From IMG/VR virus record IMGVR_UViG_3300007512_000037, positions 1 through 61,108 of that record: a stretch of 61,108 bases of DNA. One strand, given 5' to 3'. This document shows, piece by piece, positions 56,389-61,108 of the stretch (its first letter is position 1; each line of letters opens with the position of its first letter). The position numbers and the translations under genes are program-made. The DNA comes from a virus. Taxonomy: Duplodnaviria; Caudoviricetes. The notes beneath the pieces were generated by a model that was not told the origin of the DNA, searched no databases, and was given only the letters and a program-made list of their open reading frames with translations.

Positions 56389-56951
56389 CACCAGAAAACT
56401 TCAAGCAAGCCATCAGGGGCTTAAAAGACAACCGCCCCACATTTGAGATTGTAGCGGCTCAGTGGTGCGTTGAGTCAGACTATGGGCAATCGGCCTTGTC
56501 CATGTTTAGTCATAACTTTGCTGGCTTGAAATGGCGTGATGACATAGTAGAGCACATGCCAAGCGGCTCTAAGCATCTGATAAGCAAGGGCGACCCGCAC
56601 GAAGATTGGGACAACAAGCTAGATGAGTATGTCTACTGTGCAGACCCCTACTATTTTTATCTGATTTATTTTGCGTTTTTGGAGAGAAGCCCATACGCTA
56701 AATCAACTTGGATTGATTACAAGGGCGACTCGTTACACCTGCAGGTAACTATAAAGTCTTTTCATGACCAACCCTTATCCTTCATGGCGCATATAGTCGA
56801 GTGCGGGTTCTGTGCCTCAGTAAGCGGCTTTCACCGCAAAAACTATAAAACAGACATGGGATACAAAAGAGCGGTTCAAGCAGAGTATATGCGCAGAGTT
56901 TTGAAGGCTTGGTCTAGTAAGAAGTTTAGAGGCTTGATTGAAGCAATTTAA
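56385..56951 (+). CDS. GH73 glucosaminidase-like peptidoglycan hydrolase
   Basis: IVAAQWCVESDYGQS...HNFAGLKW resembles AQAxLESGWG...NxFGIK. Confidence 0.7.
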   Translation: MTPENFKQAIRGLKDNRPTFEIVAAQWCVESDYGQSALSMFSHNFAGLKWRDDIVEHMPSGSKHLISKGDPHEDWDNKLDEYVYCADPYYFYLIYFAFLERSPYAKSTWIDYKGDSLHLQVTIKSFHDQPLSFMAHIVECGFCASVSGFHRKNYKTDMGYKRAVQAEYMRRVLKAWSSKKFRGLIEAI

Positions 56952-56962
56952 CAGGAGGAAAA

Positions 56963-57382
56963 ATGAAAAAACCAACAGATATTCCAGAAGCCGTAGACTT
57001 GCGATCCTTGCTTCCTAGCGTATCCCTGATGGATGCCTGGGGTGGGGAAACCGTCATGGGGTACTCGTTCGAACCCGGAAAGGATGAACCCGTCAAGGAA
57101 AACCAAGGCCAGTCCTGCATCGGGGGCATGGTCGATAGCCTAGTAAATCGAATACTGGTAGACCTTGTGCGCTCCAGACCCGTACTGCCAAAGCCAGAGC
57201 CCGTAGACTACTACGAACTAAAAAACACCCTACTGCTACAGGTGGATGGCTTTTTAGTCGCAATGAACAAAGACGACTATGAGGCATGGTATGGCAAACT
57301 AGGGGAAAAAGACTGGGCGGAGATAAGGCGCAAGGCAGACTGGATGGAGGCAAAATATGAACAAGAAACAAAAGCCAAGTGA
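56963..57382 (+). CDS. hypothetical protein
   Basis: AGGAGG SD, 139 aa. Confidence 0.7.
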   Translation: MKKPTDIPEAVDLRSLLPSVSLMDAWGGETVMGYSFEPGKDEPVKENQGQSCIGGMVDSLVNRILVDLVRSRPVLPKPEPVDYYELKNTLLLQVDGFLVAMNKDDYEAWYGKLGEKDWAEIRRKADWMEAKYEQETKAK

Positions 57383-57731
57383 AAAAACCAGTGATGATGT
57401 GGTGTTGTCCTGGAAACTCTCTGGCCCCAGTGGGGAGTTAGCAACCCCCCCAGCGGCGCTGTTTTCCAAGGCCACACCCCATATAATGTCTGTCCTGGAG
57501 GTTGCGGTGTCAGGCGGATGTAGCCTCCACCCCAAACCAATCCCGCTGTATGAAAACAGGGGGTCAATCGTTTTTATGTGGGGTGATTTTGTTTCGGCCA
57601 CTACCAGGCAAAAATATCAAGCCACCTACGGCCCCATCGAAAAGAATGATTTTTACCACCAGAGAATGACGAGGGAGGGTATACGTGCGGGATATTACTG
57701 GGGAAGATTACGAAGTACAGGAAACGTATGA
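57357..57731 (+). CDS. hypothetical protein
   Basis: GGAGG SD, 124 aa. Confidence 0.6.
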   Translation: MNKKQKPSEKTSDDVVLSWKLSGPSGELATPPAALFSKATPHIMSVLEVAVSGGCSLHPKPIPLYENRGSIVFMWGDFVSATTRQKYQATYGPIEKNDFYHQRMTREGIRAGYYWGRLRSTGNV

Positions 57732-57764
57732 GGAGCTTATGAGTAAGCTTTTTAAAGGTGGGCT

Positions 57765-58049
57765 TTGTTCCTTATGAATACGTGGTACAAAGTGTTTAAA
57801 TCTGATTTAGCTTACAGCCCAGCAGGGATAGGTTTAAGAGAAACTGAAAACTATGTAGATTTAGAAAGCGGAGGCAGTATATCTAGGGTAAAAAAGAATT
57901 CAAAGTTATTTATGTATTTTAGGGATAAAAGAAGGGCTTTAGATTACTGTGAAAGAAATTTAACAATCAGAATGGAGTCTCTACAATTTAAAGTAAGTGT
58001 ACTGAGCCATAAAAGATCGGCAGTACGGGGGGAGCTGAGAAAATGTTGA
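57765..58049 (+). CDS. hypothetical protein
   Basis: 94-aa ORF overlapping next gene; start uncertain. Confidence 0.55.
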   Translation: MFLMNTWYKVFKSDLAYSPAGIGLRETENYVDLESGGSISRVKKNSKLFMYFRDKRRALDYCERNLTIRMESLQFKVSVLSHKRSAVRGELRKC

Positions 58050-58600
58050 TATTAGGATTAGCGGGACATGCAGGAACGGGGAAAGATTTTCTTTGTGAGC
58101 AGATAATTAAGAACTACCCTGAGTATAGGTTTCATAGGTATGCGTTAGCAGATTTTCTTAAGGAGCTGATGTGTGTTGTACTCGATATGTCTATGGAGGA
58201 GATTAACGAGAGGAAAGGGGATAAAGACTTTAGGCAAAGGTTAATTGATTTTTCAGAGCTTGGGATTAAAAAAGTGGATCATGAGTTCTGGATTAAGAAG
58301 TTTTGGAAGGATGCACAACAAAAACGCAGGAACTACATTATTACCGATCTTAGATACCATGAAGAGCTTCATTTTATGGAAAAGCTACACGGCAAAGATA
58401 ACGTAGTATTCTTTTCTACTTACGTAAAAAGGGTACATGCAGGTGTTTATAGGCATTGCGGGATGCAGATTGCGCCTTTTCAGTGTGATACATATATTGA
58501 TCATATAGATATAAGTAATCTGGAAAGATATAAAGATAATCTTAGGCAACTTATTAGGACTGTTAATAGGGCCGTAAGCGCCTCTTGTATACGGGCTTGA
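58043..58600 (+). CDS. deoxynucleoside monophosphate kinase
   Basis: GLAGHAGTGKD P-loop, LADFLKE, FW, IITDLRY.EE. Confidence 0.88.
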   Translation: MLILGLAGHAGTGKDFLCEQIIKNYPEYRFHRYALADFLKELMCVVLDMSMEEINERKGDKDFRQRLIDFSELGIKKVDHEFWIKKFWKDAQQKRRNYIITDLRYHEELHFMEKLHGKDNVVFFSTYVKRVHAGVYRHCGMQIAPFQCDTYIDHIDISNLERYKDNLRQLIRTVNRAVSASCIRA

Positions 58601-58699
58601 TCAGATAAAAACTAAAAATTAAAATCAAATTGCCAAATCACGAAAATTTATTTTAGTAAATTTTAGTAGGGGGTAGTCCTAAAATAAAGGAGAAAGATA

Positions 58700-59185
58700 A
58701 TGAATGGAAAAGGTAGGCAAAATAAAGGCAAGAACTGGGAAAGACGCTGTGCTAAAGCTCTCAGTGATTGGTCTGGCATAGAATTTCGCAGAACAAAAGG
58801 ATCGGGGGCGGATAAGGATGCTTATACCCTAGCCCACGAATTAGGGGATATTAGGCCGAAAGACCCCCTGCATTTTGAGCAATTTCCGTTATTAGTTGAA
58901 TGCAAGGCAGTAGGAAAATTCCCATTTCACCAGATTTTACTAGGACAATGTAAGGTTTTGGATTCGTGGATAGGGCAGGTATTTGGAGATAGAAAGATAT
59001 TGCAGGAGAAGGCGGGACTTAAAAAGGACTGTATAGTGATATTTAAGGCTAATAACGTGCCTGCTATGGTAGTCATAAATATACCTGTTTTAAGTAACTG
59101 TATTTATAGGGGTTGGAGGGTATTAGCTCTTGATACCTTACTGTCAACCTTTAGCTTAAAAGACCTTTGCAATTATAAAAAGTAG
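58700..59185 (+). CDS. Holliday junction resolvase-like PD-(D/E)xK nuclease
   Basis: KGKNWER, RRTKGSGA, GDI, VECK. Confidence 0.85.
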   Translation: MNGKGRQNKGKNWERRCAKALSDWSGIEFRRTKGSGADKDAYTLAHELGDIRPKDPLHFEQFPLLVECKAVGKFPFHQILLGQCKVLDSWIGQVFGDRKILQEKAGLKKDCIVIFKANNVPAMVVINIPVLSNCIYRGWRVLALDTLLSTFSLKDLCNYKK

Positions 59186-59190
59186 GGTGT

Positions 59191-59430
59191 ATGATCAGGT
59201 GTGAGGGATGTGGCTTTTCCTCGGTGGATTTTCGGGATTTCAAAACTACTATTATCCCATTCCCAAGAGGCCGAAAAATAGACCCCAACATAAGCGATAG
59301 GAATAAGTTATTCGTTGTGTTGGAAGGCAATTTCGTTAGCTTTCGCTGTCCCAAGTGTAAAACGCTTTATACAACTAAACCAAGCGAGATTACTTTGATT
59401 TCGCTTCAAACAAAAGGACAGGGTGATTAG
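59191..59430 (+). CDS. small zinc-ribbon protein
   Basis: CEGC and CPKC. Confidence 0.7.
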   Translation: MIRCEGCGFSSVDFRDFKTTIIPFPRGRKIDPNISDRNKLFVVLEGNFVSFRCPKCKTLYTTKPSEITLISLQTKGQGD

Positions 59431-59431
59431 T

Positions 59432-59596
59432 GTGGAATCTTTACCTATAGTTAAAGATGATGAGATAATTACAAATTACTACACAGGCGAGAAGTGGTAT
59501 TTAGTGAGCATAAACGGTAATCAAACATATGTAAATGAGGCAAAGTATAAGCAATTACAAGGCCCAAGCGAGAAATTAATTCCTAATATTACTTGA
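59432..59596 (+). CDS. small hypothetical protein (54 aa, not in ORF track)
   Basis: GTG start 1 nt after previous stop, AGGGTG upstream, open frame to TGA 59594-59596. Confidence 0.45.
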   Translation: MESLPIVKDDEIITNYYTGEKWYLVSINGNQTYVNEAKYKQLQGPSEKLIPNIT

Positions 59597-59621
59597 TTTT
59601 ATACTATATTCGCAGTAAACT
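59593..59621 (+). promoter_or_regulatory. putative sigma70-type promoter
   Basis: TTGATT, 17-nt spacer, TAAACT. Confidence 0.5.
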
Positions 59622-59647
59622 AAAAATAACCGAAGTAAGCCACCATT

Positions 59648-59684
59648 AAACGGTAAGGATTTTTATAGTTCTTACCGTTTTTTT
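59648..59684 (+). terminator. terminator-like hairpin abutting the next start codon
   Basis: AAACGGTAAG/CTTACCGTTT stem followed by T run then ATG. Confidence 0.6.
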
Positions 59685-60101
59685 ATGCCTGATAAACTTT
59701 CAAACGAATTCGAGAAAAGGGCAAAAGCCTTAAAATCCAAAACATTTAAAAACATAGCGTCTAGGAAGACCATACTAAAGCTTCTTAGGCCTATATACCC
59801 GGATAAGCCTGACAGCTTCTTATGGTCTGTTTGGCAAACTCAGATGGATGTTTTAGTTAATCTTGTATGCCTGGGTTATGGGGTGGGTATAGCAGGCCAG
59901 CATTTCACAGCCGGGGTGCTTCACCCGGATACCCGAAAAGGTAAAACTATGGTCAATATTCGCAACACCGGGGAGCTAATAGATATGGACCCGAAAGTAA
60001 TGATCAAGTTCAAGCATTACCCTGATTTTTTAAAAACCATGAACGCCGTGTACTACTCTGATTTAAAAGAGATTGTCCCGGAGCTATTTGGTGATGACTA
60101 A
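59685..60101 (+). CDS. divergent HU/IHF-like DNA-binding protein
   Basis: GYGVGIAG...RKG...NTGELIDMDPKVMIKFK resembles HU arm RNPxTGExIxIPAxxVxxFK. Confidence 0.6.
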   Translation: MPDKLSNEFEKRAKALKSKTFKNIASRKTILKLLRPIYPDKPDSFLWSVWQTQMDVLVNLVCLGYGVGIAGQHFTAGVLHPDTRKGKTMVNIRNTGELIDMDPKVMIKFKHYPDFLKTMNAVYYSDLKEIVPELFGDD

Positions 60102-60888
60102 CAAATATTTTCAAAATTTTGTTATCAACGAAGCGGCGCTGAAAAACATACCTTTATTAACTAAAACTCACAGCCTAAAATCTTTACGTGGAAAATTTGA
60201 AATTGAAGTCGTAGGCAGTCAAAAAGTTAATAAAGCATGGCAGATAGAAATACCTAAAAGTAAAAGAAGTGGTAGGGTTTCTTCTTTATTGTCTACAGAA
60301 TACATGGAAGATCAGGTAATAGTAGTTTCCGAACCTGAGATTACACGAACTATTACCTCCCTGGATCGTAAAATTGTTTTTCGAGCTTGCGATATAATCT
60401 TAGTCGAGTCCTGTGATTTATCTTGGCTATCTCTAACTTCCACAGGCCATGTGGAGTTAGCTGATTGCAATTTGTATAAAATACAGGATACAAAGGTTAG
60501 AGCTTCTGCGGGAGTTAACCCGGAGTCCGGGTTATCCGTTCATAGGTATTCTATTCCAGATAATCAGTTATTGACTATAGCGGAGCTTTTAAGGCCTAAA
60601 GGGGTAAGAAGCATAGAAGATATGCCTTACTGCTGGTTATGCCCCCCCAAGCAGGAATACACAGATATAGAGATAGAGCTTGAGGGGCAGGTTTGGCATA
60701 CTAGGAAAGACTTACTATTGGGCTACTGCTTGTTAAAGAGGTTTTTGTATAGCACGAACTCTAGCATACGCCACTACTCTCCTCTTGACGCTTTGGGCTG
60801 GTTATACCTAGAAAAGGCTTTTATATCTGAGGAAATAGGAACGATCCTGCAAAACATAAGCCCTACAGGATCGAAATTGATTCTCTAA
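60073..60888 (+). CDS. hypothetical protein
   Basis: 271-aa ORF; start likely at internal Met near 60094. Confidence 0.65.
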   Translation: MSRSYLVMTNKYFQNFVINEAALKNIPLLTKTHSLKSLRGKFEIEVVGSQKVNKAWQIEIPKSKRSGRVSSLLSTEYMEDQVIVVSEPEITRTITSLDRKIVFRACDIILVESCDLSWLSLTSTGHVELADCNLYKIQDTKVRASAGVNPESGLSVHRYSIPDNQLLTIAELLRPKGVRSIEDMPYCWLCPPKQEYTDIEIELEGQVWHTRKDLLLGYCLLKRFLYSTNSSIRHYSPLDALGWLYLEKAFISEEIGTILQNISPTGSKLIL

Positions 60889-60932
60889 TCAGGTAACCTG
60901 ACTGCTACCAGTAATTTACCCTTGGATATATG

Positions 60933-60976
60933 TTTAACGCTCTTTGTTTTACCTTTAATCTGTTAATCTCAGAATC
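60933..60976 (-). repeat. inverted copy of tape-measure segment 16068-16111
   Basis: GATTCTGAGATTAACAGATTAAAG-(GT vs AC)-AAAACAAAGAGCGTTAAA. Confidence 0.9.
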
Positions 60977-61108
60977 CGTTGTGCGGTTGATTTGTATTTT
61001 CTTTAGTGGCCATTTCTATTTACTTTTTCCTGGTGTGACAGTGCTTGATTGTGAATCCGCAAGATAAGCTGCAACTGCTTCATTTATTAGGCCTTTCTAA
61101 GAATAAGG

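Noticed and set aside
3329-59354. Many antisense and alternate-frame ORFs in the track (e.g. 8166..8549, 13405..13773, 36332..36745, 43713..44084, 55430..55759)
   Set aside because: They shadow well-supported genes, lack SD signals and show mirror-composition bias.
60516-60534. Perfect palindrome TAACCCGGA-G-TCCGGGTTA
   Set aside because: Single instance inside a coding region with no supporting context; could be chance.
1-61108. Alternative genetic code with TAG reassigned
   Set aside because: Standard code gives dense, full-length genes, and several genes such as capsid and tape measure end properly at TAG.
60905-61108. Minus-strand ribbon-helix-helix-like fragments (GLINEAVAAYL; KKIQINRTTDSEINRL)
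   Set aside because: Frame is interrupted by TAG stops and has no start; at most a decayed gene.

Overview
The window looks like a complete or nearly complete genome of a tailed dsDNA phage (siphovirus-like, AT-rich). No integrase, repressor, tRNA or CRISPR array was recognised. Layout: three leftward orphan genes and a ~680-nt hairpin-rich non-coding tract (1-2.4 kb); a rightward virion operon (TerS-like, TerL, portal, protease/scaffold, decoration, major capsid, head-tail joining, tail tube, -1 frameshift chaperone, 2140-aa tape measure, distal tail/hub, NlpC/P60, tail tip, fibre; 2.4-32.6 kb); lysis genes (GH108 endolysin, GTA-type holin) preceded by a membrane-anchored response-regulator receiver protein; a second fibre/adaptor module (35.3-39.7 kb); a leftward helicase operon; and a rightward replication operon (primase, PolA, SSB, 5'-3' exonuclease, ATP ligase, SbcCD, adenine methylase, GH73 hydrolase, dNMP kinase, resolvase, HU-like). 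Most notable: (1) the family A polymerase is split, without recognisable intein, into two separately initiated genes that divide the two catalytic aspartate motifs, with a Cys-rich orphan gene wedged between; (2) an intact receiver domain fused to a coiled coil and membrane anchor near the lysis genes; (3) short near-exact copies of tape-measure DNA, one reused in another frame and one inverted in a distant intergenic region. All assignments come from motif recognition by eye; no searches were run.
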